Source of the DNA: Octopus sinensis | Taxonomy: Eukaryota | NCBI RefSeq assembly: GCF_006345805.1 | Contig: NC_043001.1 | Location: 50,716,001 to 50,780,000 of the forward strand | Direction: 5' to 3' | Length of the DNA stretch: 64,000 bases | Shown: piece after piece, positions 49,751 to 62,459 of the stretch | Layout of the letters: the number at the start of each line of letters is the position of its first letter | How positions within the stretch are numbered: position 1 is the first letter of the stretch | Notes under the pieces: model-generated | Seen by the model: only the letters and a program-made list of their open reading frames with translations | Database searches by the model: none | Told to the model about the DNA's origin: nothing | Position numbers and translations under genes: made by a program

Positions 49751-50900
49751 CGTAGCAGATAACAGCTAACCTTTGGCCGCTATTTAGACCCCGTTGTGCC
49801 CACAACTCTGATTGGTTGGCATTGGCGCAATTTGTCTGTTACTCTGTCGCGCCGATATACAGCGTATAACCAATCGGACACCTAAATAGAATCGAGACAG
49901 CCTTTTCTCAGCCCCGTTGAGCCTATTGTTCATTATAAAATCCCAGCTACTCCTCATCTCGAGGTTTTTGGTTCCAGACCTTCTAAGGTCTAGCTACTGA
50001 CCACACAAGACACAACCAGTTCCAGCGATAACGCCAGACGCCCAGGTTTTAACACAGCACTGTTCGTGAATTACTTCACCCTGGATCAACAGCAACGATA
50101 TAACCTGCGAGCCAGACGACAACACCCATCCAACAGCATTATGGCAATCTCTTTCTTCGTCGCTACCATCTTCTTTTTAACAACGCCAACAACATCTCTA
50201 CGTACACAGCTCAACCAGCAACACTGCACAGGTTCTAACATAGCACTGTTCGTGAATTACTTCACCGTGGTTAACAGCGAATATACAACCTGCGAGAACT
50301 CCTGTACAAGTAAACCAGGTAGCAGCATTACAGAAGCTACAGGCTGGCCGTCATTCTGAAGACACCAATGATTATGAAAAGATACTCTAAAATTCATTTT
50401 TCTCGTTACATGGTGATCGCATAAATAGGAGTAAATCACTAAAAAATATTCTGACATTAACTTCCTTCTTATCTCAGCCCAACTGTCAAGGAATATTGTC
50501 AGGTTAAGAACCTTAAAAATAGAGCCTTAAATCTTGTGGAAAACGTCTCATGTCGCATATCTAACTTGAATGAATTGACAGATAATATTCAAGTAGGTTT
50601 TCTGCTGCCATACAACCAGTTTGACTCAATCTATGGATCAGGCAACTGTTACTACAATGACAGCTACTGTTCACAGCACACTTTTAAGCATTTGTTTAAG
50701 TTCTAAGCTGACGGTAAAAAAATTTTGGTATGTTACCTGAATGCAAGTAACAATTTGACAGCGGCATAGCGGCAAGTGAAAATAACCAAAATTCATCTTG
50801 TCTGGAGTAAAGTCTATCTAAACACCATTACAAACTTCCTGGATAAAGAAGAACCAATACTAAATGTTCGTCAGGAGATTGTTGAGAGGGCTCACTTTGT
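49751..50900 (+). mobile_element. Old LTR-element relic: LTR-like 49751-50409, PBS-like tggtga, degenerate gag-like sequence
   Basis: CCAAT motifs, tataaaa at 49935, end ...gttaca followed by tggtgatcg; internal direct repeat at 50051 and 50237. Confidence 0.5.
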
Positions 50901-53689
50901 TGGATTTAGTAAAATAAATTAAGATGGAGTGGAATTACTTGAGTCTCATGGGGACAAAAATCTAATGAGGACTCACAGAGATGGAAAAATCATCGTCTTG
51001 AAGATGATAAAAGCGTACGTGTGGAACCACCATAAAATTTTAACAGCTACATATTTGTCCGAGGCTTTCCAGTTTTTAAATAAGGTTATGGCTAATTTCA
51101 TAAGAGAGAGAGAGAGAGAGTTTGAAAGCAAACAGGCTAATCATAAGTGAATGCAAATACTACCGGGAATTATAAGAGCTGATGGACGAGAAATTATACA
51201 CGACAAGAAATCTTGGTTGTGTTATAATTGGTTTTTACTAATCTCTCTTAAATGTTTTTATAAACATCCTTGTATTTCAATCGTTAATACTAGAATTATT
51301 TGGTGATTTTATTTTGAGATTTGTTGATGGTTTTCTAAGAACATATAGGGATATACCGTAACTGTGCTTATACCATTGAACCTATGTCGCTTGACTTAAA
51401 GTCACACGGACCTATCAACGAAGGTACATAAGGATTATTTGAATGTGCGTGTGTCTGTGTTAAAAGAATTTGGGTTCATTGTCGTTGTATTACCAGTATC
51501 TCAGCAGTTGTTCTTTTACATGTAAACTTAAATTTTAATATAAAACAAACCACATAGAAAGCAAAATGAAAAGCCCGTTTATTATTAACTGAAACTCTAC
51601 CCACAACTGTTAAGATTGTCAGCAATATTGATATAAAAATTTTCAAGCAAAAAATATTTGCGAGAGTTTCAAGTTACAACAAAGCAAGGGGGGGATTAGT
51701 AGATTTTTCTGAACGGATTAAGTTTGTATCAATAGTTGTCGTCACTAATTTCATGTGAGGGCTCTGTGACAGCGTGTATAAAGAAAGTCAGAAGGCAAAG
51801 TATATGTAGCATTAAAATTTAACAAGTACTAGCAAGAAGCAATAAGAATGATTTTTTAGCTTGTTTATCAATGTTAATCAGTTGGTGTAGCGTGACGTGA
51901 AGAAATCCGCACGACCTACGTTCCTTTGGGTGGTTTATATGTCGCAGAATGAAAACAGATATAAATGAAATGAGTTGCGTGGCGTTGGTAATGTACACTG
52001 TAATAGTCACATATCAGAAAGGGTGATATTGCCACTAGGGTCGCCAATGCTGCAAACTGATTTAGCTATTTGAAAAAGGCGCGTATACTGCTGGGTGGAA
52101 GTTGCTACCTGTATCCTTCAGCAGCCAGTTCTTATTGGATGAAATGGCCATAGTACGACTGTGCTATGTCACCTCGACAAAATAGCTCTTTTCTATCTCG
52201 CTACAAGTTTGCTCCCAAGCCTGAAGCAACTCTAGCTGCTGGAACACAAAAAACCCACAATAGGTAATCTGATTTAATCCTCCGTTCAGTCTTAATGGAA
52301 AGTCGGGTGTTACCAAAAGCTTCTAAATGTGACTCGGAAAAATTTCTCTAAAGGTCATAAATATTTGAAATTATTCAAACGCCATAACTTAAAAACTGGC
52401 TATAGCTGTATTATTATGGGGAAGATCATCAATGATAGTTGAGAACAGTACCCTTAAACTACATAACAAGTCATCCAAAGACTATGTGAACAGGCAGCAT
52501 TGTACCAATCAACACTGCAAAACTACAACTTTCATAATATGGAGTTATGCTCCTTAGCTATTTTATGCAATATATCAATAATCTACCAAGCTATCCTTTC
52601 TCATCTTGGTGACAAATAAACCATTTAAATCCTATATTGGGATATATGGGAGCAAATTCATGCGCCAGTATTTAAATTATAAGTGCATCTTTCAACACGT
52701 AGACAAAATAAAAGCTACAACATATTCAAGTTATATATGGTATTTGATGGATAATATTCGTAATTTTTAATAACATTTTCAGTTCCCTTCCCTAAATTCT
52801 GCCAGTTCTGAAATGATGAAAAAATTCTAATATTATCTTGCAAATTCTCATCAAATCTTTTAAATGTTCAAAAAGATCATGAAAATAATTCATTCAACAA
52901 AATCTCACGAAAGATATTGGATCAGGCTTTTCAGTACAAAAGTACAAAAAAAGTGACCAGTAATGAAGAACAATGTAGAAAACATGCGCATGAGGGTACT
53001 ACGTGCATAAGGATACTTTTGTGCATGCGCAAATGCATGCTGATTTATATGCAAGCTTCTGTGCATGTACATATACACGCACATGTATACTCGAGTATGC
53101 ATATGTATATATGTGCGCGCGCGTGTGCATCCAGTGTTTATAAAATGATATTAAATGACTGACAATGCTACAAATTTGGTGGTAAGGTGGCATTTTAACT
53201 GAAATCAAATTACATTGAATAATTGCTGATTTGTTGTTAATTAGTCCCGAGTGAACTCTATTCAATCAAACTTATGATAAGTGTTCCAGTCATGACCAAC
53301 CTGTCTTCTTATATATCGTGGATTACATCGTCTAACGTATTCATTTTCTTATCACGATGCTAGATAGTAATTTGAAGAAGATTTGGCTGCTATTCCTTGT
53401 ATATTAATCTACCACAAAATGGCTTATTGACTGCGCAAGTTGAGAACCCTGAACATAAACAGACGCTACCAGATGGTATATATATACCATCCATCACTCT
53501 ATTTTAAAAAATTACGTAAGTTTTGCATAAATGTGCTATGTTCATAGGTTGGAGCAATATGGAGCAATATTCTCTGCACTGAATATGATTTGGGGAAATT
53601 TAGCTGCAAAAGATGGTGGAGGTGTAGGGAGTAACAGGTTGTGCACCCCAGACCAAATGGCGTATTCAACCACATCTCACGGACATAAC

Positions 53690-54300
53690 TGCAAAGTTGC
53701 CATGCAGAATGGCCAGCGACGTTCGTTACAACATTCGCCCCACCTCATGAGGCTCATTTCTCACACGGGGCGCTGTTATCCTGATTTTTATGTAGCAAAT
53801 CAGCAGCGCAGGGTCCGAGAACACTTGAATTCTCGACGGCGATCGAAACGAACAGACAAGCGATCATTCAGGCTCCCGTATTTGTTTAACTTTCACTCCT
53901 CTGTGTTATGAGCGGCGATATCCGGGTTTGCTGGAGACGGAGAATGTGACGTAGGACGTCATGTCCCAGATTAGGGATTTGCCTCGTTCGCATGGGAGAA
54001 GGATCATTTCATCGGGGCGCTTACCAGTCCCCACGGTCAAAACCTACTGGCTCCAGTTGTTACGGGAAGACAGCCGTCTCACAGCCCCTTCTTATTATGT
54101 TGTTCAGAGCGGCGTGTCGAACTGACCCGCACTATGAATGCAGGATAATGGATGAAGGTCGAACTCATCAACTACAGTTCCGTTCGTGAAGCCTACTTGC
54201 ATAGAGACAGAGGCGCTGGGGCACTTCGATACAAATGTACTCAACATCAGGTTGATGGGGTTGCGAAGCGGAACAGAGGCAGGTAGGGCGGTGCTGAGCT
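53690..54300 (-). mobile_element. CRE-clade non-LTR retrotransposon 3' relic (RLE domain)
   Basis: Frameshifted minus translation HPLSCIHSAG..RHAALNNIIRR..LEPVG..GKRPD..GKSLIWDMT..KLNKY..IAVENSSVLGP..AILHGN. Confidence 0.8.
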
Positions 54301-54736
54301 AAGGATGTCACAATCTTCCTCTTTTTCTTTGTGGTGGTGAGGTCTTGATAAGTTGATCTTTTATAATCTTAATGATTTTTTTCTTTTCTTCTTGTAAAAA
54401 CTGTAAAAAAAAATTGTGATTAAAAAAGAAATAAAAAAGACTGTTATTCTGTTCTTTCCAGAGAGTGGATCCTTATTGTGTCAGCATGTGATAGATTTAG
54501 TTTTAAATATTTGCAACTTCATTGTATTACAGTTAGGTATCAAGAAAGTGGTTCCGCCTACATATGTCATTTGTGAATAAACAAATGCATGTCCTGGAGG
54601 TTTGGTAAAGTAAAACGTTATAAATAATGTTTACGGGAAATTTAAGTCTTCTCACATAATTGTGTCCGGATTAAATGACATAGTGAAGCATTAGTTCGCA
54701 GAAAATCGGTAATGTATATATATATAAAATAAATAA

Positions 54737-54971
54737 ATGTTCCTTCTCGAGCCATGCCAGTTTCATTCTCGGTTTCATTGGCGTACAAATTCACCACCTG
54801 GACGGGACACCGGTCCGTCGCAGGATTACTCATTTTTGCCAAGCTGAGTGGACTGCAGCAACGTGAAATGAAATGTTTTGTTCAAAAACACAACGCATCG
54901 CCCGGTCCAGGAATCGAAACCACAACCTTACGATCATGAGTTCAACACCATAACCACTAAGCCACGCGCCT

Positions 54972-54975
<4 letters not shown>
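54737..54975 (-). mobile_element. tRNA-derived SINE (family C variant)
   Basis: Head gtggaggcgcgtggcttagtggtta...gtttcgattcc; V-like cctgcgacggaccggtgtcccgtccagg. Confidence 0.85.
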
Positions 54976-55017
<42 letters not shown>

Positions 55018-56136
55018 ACACACACACACACATATGTATGTATGTATATATATATGTATATGTGTGTGTATAATAGTATATATATACATGTATATATGTA
55101 TACACACATATACATAAATACAAATGTGCGTGTGTGTGTGCATATGTATATGCAGATGCGCGCATGTGTTGCATTGTTTAGTTGAGAGCTGTATTATTTG
55201 GTTTGGCTGCGTGCTGCTTCCATGCAAAACCCATGCAAAATATCTAGATTTGAGTAAGATGTTTATTTACAGATGAATGTTACAATAGTTAGTTTACATA
55301 AGCCATCGTACTGAATACCAATAACTAGTGCGCAAGAAGGGAAACTGCTCTGTTGGTGCTTACAGAGCCGGATCTACCACTAGGCAAACTAGGAGACCAC
55401 CTAGGGCGGCAAGCAAAATTTAGTTTCCCACGAGTGTTCCGGACCCTAGTTATGAACTCATTTGCTTACAGCCAGTCATAGCTCAACTATCAAACTAGTG
55501 TCCACCTGGTCACGAAAATACCCTGGTTCAGTTCAGTGGAAAATGTGCGTTATAGCAAAATCTAACTGTGCTAAACGGGTTAATAGGAGTGACAAATGTG
55601 AAATTTAGAGTATAAAGTGAATGGAGAGTTGCTCACCGATGATGCCATAAGTGTTGCCAATTTGCGTAATTTACCAAATGAGTCTAGTTTCCTAATTTTT
55701 TGACTAATTCTGTACATTCCTAATTTAAAATGTTGGTGTTCCTGGAAACATAGTAATCAATATGGTGTTGTGTCGTATTGCGCCCTCCTAGCATATATTA
55801 ATGGGTACATGCAGTATTGCTAATGTCAGTCTGCACATAGGTACCTAACGTTAGCTCCATAGAAGATGGTGCTCAATCGATCTATGAGGATGGTGGAGGG
55901 GTGATGTGCTTATGTGAGACCTGCTAAACTGTACTCTCAGAGTGACATACACCATTCTATGTCTAACTGGCTTCACTGTAGTAGTACACAGTATGTGGAT
56001 TTTCAAGGTGAGCTCTGATTGGCTGTATGTAAATGAGTCCATTACTGAGGTCCGGAACTCTAGTGGGAAATAAATTTCGCGGGCGGCAACATCTAGGGGG
56101 CGACAAAATCTGGGATGTCTTGGGAGGCACTGATTC

Positions 56137-56179
<43 letters not shown>

Positions 56180-56406
56180 TTATAATTTTAAATTGATAAT
56201 TTTGATATTATAATAAAAAAATTCACTTATCAAATCATCAGCAATTAGTAAGTAAAGTTTGACAAAAAATTTCAGTTACACTTACACTTCCGAAATCTAA
56301 TGTTCCTTCTAAGGTTTCAGCCCGCGGCGCAGCCCAGTCGTTTGAAAATTACCACCCGGTTTAATACGAGGTCCCTTAGGAAACAATTGAATTTTAAAAT
56401 TTAACA

Positions 56407-56600
56407 TCTATTATATAAAATCCGTTCTGTCTGTGTGTGTGTGTGTGTCTTCTAGGATCTCAGGCATCCTCCATCCGATTGCGCTCAAATTTGATATGTA
56501 GATACCTACGGTATCAGGGCGTGTATAAGTCTTGAAAAAAATTACAAAAATCGATTCCAGGTGAGAATGCGATCGATAAAGTGAATAAAATCGTCTTTCT
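56407..56600 (+). mobile_element. Possible Helitron-type 5' end
   Basis: a|TCtattatataaaa followed by ctgt/gt microsatellite and ccgattgcgctcaaattt; no clear 3' hairpin-CTRR end found. Confidence 0.4.
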
Positions 56601-57432
56601 TTAGAATAGAAAAAAAGTCTATCTTTATTTCTTCTTTTGTTGGTGTCTCAAATTTAGATTAAATCAGTGTTTCTCAAAGGGGAGGCCTATGGGACGGTCG
56701 GACAAGTTGTTTTGAGAAAATGTGGTTTAAATGTTTGACAACTCAGCACCGTCCATTGGACGGGGGGCGTTTTGCTTGTATGTGTATATTTTTACAATCG
56801 TTCTTAAAATATTCAAAAGAATGTGTAATATACTTAACAGTTGTAATAAATTGTATAATAGCGAGTTGACTACCCCTATATGATATATATATATATTAGT
56901 AATGTGTCAATGTCTCGGCAAAGAAATAAAAGCTAGCATCGATTAGGCATCGGCAAAATTTTTAAATCATGGTTTTGGTATGTGTACACAGCAGTTTTTT
57001 TTTTGGTGGGGGGTGGGTAGAATTTTTTCTTGCCAATTAAATCACGGGAGGGACAGAAAGGTTTTTGAAAAGAAGTTTGATTATATGATTCACTTCTTTC
57101 AAAAGGTTTTTCAATATCAACTTCCGGTATGGACGCAGCAATAGAGAATTGTTTGTTTTCATTTGCAAGATTTCTCACGTTCTCTTTGAATGTTTTCATT
57201 TCAAGTTTTAATTCACTCATACATACATACATACATACATGCATACATACATACATACATACACACATATACATACATATGTATATATAGATGTATATGT
57301 ATAGATGTATATATATACATGTATATATATATATAGATTTATATGTATCCTTCTTTCCTGAGCGTCCAATAATACTATATTTGTTCCACGTCCTCGCGTT
57401 GTTGTGTTTTTTTGTTTAATTGTTGGATTAAC

Positions 57433-57483
<51 letters not shown>

Positions 57484-57518
57484 GTTCTTGTCCATGTTGT
57501 ATTTTTCTACATACCTTA

Positions 57519-57550
<32 letters not shown>

Positions 57551-57687
57551 TATATATGGTTGTATATATATGTATAGATATATGTATGCATGTATATATG
57601 TATGTATATAAATGTATACATACAGATGTATATGTATAGATGTATATATATAGATTTATATGCATAGATGTATATGTATAGATATAT

Positions 57688-58056
57688 ACTCTTTTACTCT
57701 TTTACTTGTTTCAGTCATTTGACTGCGGCCATGCTGGAGCACCGCCTTTAATCGAGCAACTCGACCCCGAGACTTATTCTTTGTAAGCCTAGTACTTATT
57801 CTATCGGTTTTTTTTGCCGAACCGCTAAGTGACGGGGACATAAACACCAGCATCGGTTGTCAAGCAATGCTAGGGGGACAAACACAAACGTACACGCACA
57901 CACACATATACATATATATACATATATACGACGGGCTTCTTTCAGTTTCCGTCTACCAAATCCACTCACAAGGCTTTGGTCGGCCCGAGGCTATAGTAGA
58001 AGACACTTGCCCAAGATGCCACGCAGTGGGACTGAACCTGGTACTATGTGGTTGGT
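57688..58056 (-). mobile_element. SINE family A (young, head truncated)
   Basis: Homology to 15930-16349. Confidence 0.9.
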
Positions 58057-58223
58057 AGTGTATATATATATATATTATATATATATATATATTATATATA
58101 TATATATAATATATAGTGTGTGTGTGTGTACATATATATGTTGTATACATATGCAAATATATATATATATATGTATGTATATATACATATATATATATGT
58201 GTGTGTGTGTGTGTATATATATA

Positions 58224-58273
<50 letters not shown>

Positions 58274-58546
58274 TATATATATATATATATGTATATATTA
58301 CATGAATATTCATACAGACATACATTTGTCACCCTTCATTATTACGGATAACCATATTTTATCTCAGTAGATGACTACAGCATCTGTTTTGGCTACACGC
58401 GGGGGGAAGGGGCTGGTGACACAATCTTTCCATTCACACATTGAATTTGGTGATACTAGTTGCGATTCTAGCTCGCTCTCATACTGAGTTGAGTTGGTGC
58501 CTTAAGTATCTCAAAATTCAATATATATCATTTATGATTATAGTAT

Positions 58547-58646
58547 TCTACGCTGAAGAGAAAAGAAGTTTTTGGTAAGATAGATTATTTAATATTTAAT
58601 TCTTATGCTTTCCTAAAAACTTGATTTCGAAACGTACGTCCGTAGA
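58547..58646 (+). ncRNA. Type I hammerhead ribozyme, apparently intact
   Basis: Stem I tctacg/cgtaga, core CTGAAGA, stem II gaaa..aagttttt/aaaaactt..tttc, GAAA, stem III C-gtac-G, GTC cleavage triplet at 58638-58640. Confidence 0.85.
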
Positions 58647-59467
58647 TAACTTAAAATGTATGATAGATTGCCGTCAATTCATTCTCTCTTACCTGTTTGT
58701 GTCTGCCTTCCAATTGCTGTTTTTACTGAGATCTCCCTTTTTAGTAGAAGAAATAGCTATAACTCTTTGACTGCTATTTCTAAATTCGGTATGTGGTAAG
58801 GCAATTCGTTGCTAAACCCTTTATTGCTTAGTATACATAGAAACATATATTTATATGCTTTTTAGTTTCTCCTACCAAATCCACTCAAAAGGCTTTGATT
58901 GGCTCGAGGCTATAATAGAGGACATACTCAAGGTGCCACGCAACAGGACTAATCTGTCTTGCCAACCGGTCAGTTAAGATTTTTTCATACATATGAGCAG
59001 CCGTGGCACCCGGACGTGTTTTTCAATGCTCTGTTTAGTAAGTAGTTGAAGAAACAGACACCATATCAAATCAAACATCTCTAAATTTTAATTCCTAAGT
59101 CTTACGAAAGCTGCGATAAGAAATCAACAGAAGATTAATTTTGAACCCCATACTGCCTGCGATAATCTGTGGAAAAAGAAATGATTTCTCGTGAGTACAA
59201 TATAAATTTCTCCTGTTATTCTATTCAATATATATACGATTTTATTAAATTCATAGCTCATTCAGAATTTACGAATATACTTTTGACTTCATACTCATAT
59301 ATCTCTGTTGAAAACGCTCTCTTTAAACTAACAGCCACATATACAAAACTATACGTATCAACTATCACAGAATTTTACAAAACTCAAGCACCCTTCACTT
59401 TCGAATTACAAAGTTCCTCATCAAAGCATACACATATCATATACATATTTTATCTTCAAGCATACTA

Positions 59468-59823
59468 TTTTACTCTTTTACTTGTTTCAGTCATTTGACT
59501 TTAGTCGAGCAAATCTACCCCAGAGCTTATTCTTTATAAGCCTAGTACTTATTCTATCGTTTTCTTTTGCCGAACCGCTAATGTACGGGACGTAAACACA
59601 CCAGCATCGGTTGTCAAGCACAGACACACAAACATATACACACACATACATATATATATATGACAGGTTTCTTTCAGTTTCCGTATACCAAATGCACTCA
59701 CAAGGCTTTGGTCGGCCCGAGGCTATAATAGAAGATACTTGCCCAAGGTGCCACGCAGTGGGACTGAACCCGGAACCATGTGGTTCGTAAGCAAGCTACT
59801 TACCACACAGCCACTCATACGCC
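59468..59823 (-). mobile_element. SINE family A
   Basis: Homology to the other copies. Confidence 0.9.
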
Positions 59824-60311
59824 TCTGTAAATATTCATAAAACAAGTACAATCTACACTAATTTCTGTTTCAACACAACTAAAAACTAACGTAAGGAGTA
59901 AATCAATAATTAACAAATATATTAAAAAACAAAAAAGATAAAAAACTGTAAGATGACTACTTAGCAACAAAAATCTAAACAAAGTTGGTCTGAGAATGAA
60001 ATAGACCTTCTGATAAATTCATGGTACTGTCTTGCCCAAACGGAAAACAGACACATTATGCTGCGACCAAATAGCCAGACGTACAATTCAACTTTTCAGA
60101 AATCGCTCCGAGAAGCAGATTCAAAACAAATGTAAACAAATTGAAATGGTATTTAAATCGATTAACAGACATTTTGAAAAACTCCAACGTATTTTCTCTT
60201 CGAATACTGGTCAACCACCACCACTACCACCACGGCAACAACAACAAGAAGAACAACCACGGCAACAACAACAACCATCACAGCAACAACAACGACCACC
60301 GTAGCAGAAAC

Positions 60312-60641
60312 AACACTACGTCATATGCCCGTGGGCATATGGCGTAGTGGTTAAGAGCGCGGGCTACTAACCCCAAGATTCCGAGTTCGATTCCAAGCAG
60401 TGACCTGAACAACAACAACAACAATAATAATAATAATAATAATAATAATATAATAATAATAATAAAATAATAATAACAACAACAACAACAACAACATCGA
60501 ATAATACCTTAGGAATGAGAAACCAGGATCGAAATTTTCCCAAGATACCTGAAGAAGGCTGGAGGGTATATCAGCCGAAATGTTGCGTTAACAACAAACA
60601 AGATGAGGACAAATATCGAATGTAAATAATGTAAATAATGT
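60312..60641 (+). mobile_element. SINE family D, most complete copy, with a 5' hairpin
   Basis: tRNA head 60333-60394 (A box tggcgtagtgg, B box gagttcgattcc), (AAC/AAT)n, HHR motif 60544-60589; 60314-60330 is the inverse of the head start. Confidence 0.9.
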
Positions 60642-60934
60642 TCTTAGATTCCAGCTGTTCACAGCCCATTCAACCAGAGTTTGTTACCAACCATCAAATC
60701 TTCAACAGCAGTAACAATTTCATCAACTACAAATAGCAATAAACAGCATCTAAGGAATTATAATCCCCTTTCCATTTTAATTTCTTTAAGAATAACTTCT
60801 GACATTTATTTCACCCCTACATACTTCTATAAATAGAAAATTTCTTTTGTCTCCATTCAACGGAATATCCCTCCCCACTTTCTTGCCGTTCAAAATAACT
60901 TAGAGAATATTCTTCAGCCAGAAGATAAATTCTA

Positions 60935-61167
60935 ATACCTATTTCTTTACTACCCACAAGGGGCTAAACACAGAGGGGACAAACAAGGACAGACAAAGGG
61001 ATTAAGTCGATTAAATCGACCCCAGTGCTTAACTGGTACTTAATTTATCGACCCCGAAAGGATGAAAGGCAAAGTCAACCTCGGCGGAATTTGAACTCAG
61101 AACGTAACGGCAGACGAAATACGGCTACGCATTTCGCCCGGCGTGCTAACGGTTCTGCCAGCTCGCT
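60935..61167 (-). mobile_element. SINE family B
   Basis: Reverse complement of 44477-44706. Confidence 0.9.
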
Positions 61168-61272
61168 TATCCTTCAAATCAACATCTCTGTCTGTCTATA
61201 TATCTACCCTCTTTATTATGTTATCAACTAACATGAAAATAAGTATATGTATTGATGGAAAACCTCTATAAA

Positions 61273-61356
61273 TGGCTGATGACTGCTCAACATTTTAAAA
61301 CTGTTGTAATACTTACAATGTTTAATAAAATGATGTAACGTGAAACGATCGTACCA
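61273..61356 (+). ncRNA. Type I hammerhead motif with intact core and weak stems
   Basis: tgg-CTGATGA, long hairpin catttta..ttgtaa/ttacaa..taaaatg, GAAA-CGATCG-TA-cca. Confidence 0.65.
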
Positions 61357-61399
61357 AATTACCGAAGATATTCTTGTTGCTTATTTTGATTATATATAT

Positions 61400-61460
<61 letters not shown>

Positions 61461-62459
61461 CATATACAGGGTTCATATTCATATAAATATGAATATGAAA
61501 CGGCCCCGTGCAGCTGTTAAGCAATATTCAAATACATAGTAATTAATAAGAGGAATCTTACAAAATGCTTTATGATGATAAACTTTGCAACTTCAAGCTG
61601 ATGTGAAGTGCAGAAACGTACGTCGTGATCTATCAGTAAAGCTTGTTGATTTCTATCCTCGTGTTGTATTATTATTTTATACAAACATACATATATACAT
61701 AAGTACACCCACCCACACATACACACACACACATTACATATACTGGATTATCAAATACAATGCTTGTTATTGAATGTAGAGGTTGCAGACAAATATAATT
61801 AGAATACTTAAACAAGAGGTCAATGACATAATGTGACACATCGCTAAATAATATTTAATAATATCGTACTGTTTAGCAGTCCACTACTTCAAACTGAAAA
61901 CGAAATCTAACTGTAATGCGAAATTAATTATCCTATTGAGATTGCGCTCCAACAGACTTTCAGGAAAACAAAACAAAACGGAGTATAGACAACATGATCA
62001 CCTTTATACATGAAGGTAACTATTTCTAAATACACAACACAAAGTTCTGGCAGGAATGTGAAGTTTCACCAACATTGTATACTTGCTCTGGTGTGTAGCC
62101 CCCTTCAGCAATCACTTTCTTCGATTGCTCAGTATAATTAGTAGCAACCTCTGTATCAGCACTCGTCGATAAAGGCTGGTTTGAACATTAGAAGTTTAAC
62201 CATTTTTCTTCGACAAATTGTTACATAAACTGGTTTTTTTAATTTGATTTTGAATTACTATCGTATCTATGGCCACAGGAGGAATTTCAACCGTGTTGCG
62301 TGGTCTGCTACCACTACAGCTTATAGGATCCAGCTTATAGGATCAGGAGGAACCACGTCCGGTTTCGGCCCCTACTCCTCTACCGTTTTGACGTGGCGCC
62401 CCCCCCCCACTTTCGGAGGTGTCTTATTTCAAATGGATTTTCATATCTTCTTCATACTA

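Noticed and set aside
51178-51240. CTGATGG followed by a long hairpin
   Set aside because: No downstream GAAA or NUH, so insufficient for an HHR call.
53531-53911. 126-aa + strand ORF in a GC-rich island (possible host gene or CpG promoter)
   Set aside because: It is antisense to the CRE-like RLE relic, which explains the composition.
60032-60347. Gln/Pro-rich ORF resembling a transcription-factor low-complexity region
   Set aside because: Explained by a degenerate (CAA/CAC)n repeat; no domain or splice support.
60333-60405. Possible tRNA gene
   Set aside because: No proper acceptor stem or T-run terminator, and it continues into a repeat body; it is a SINE head, as are 17871, 4455 and 54975.
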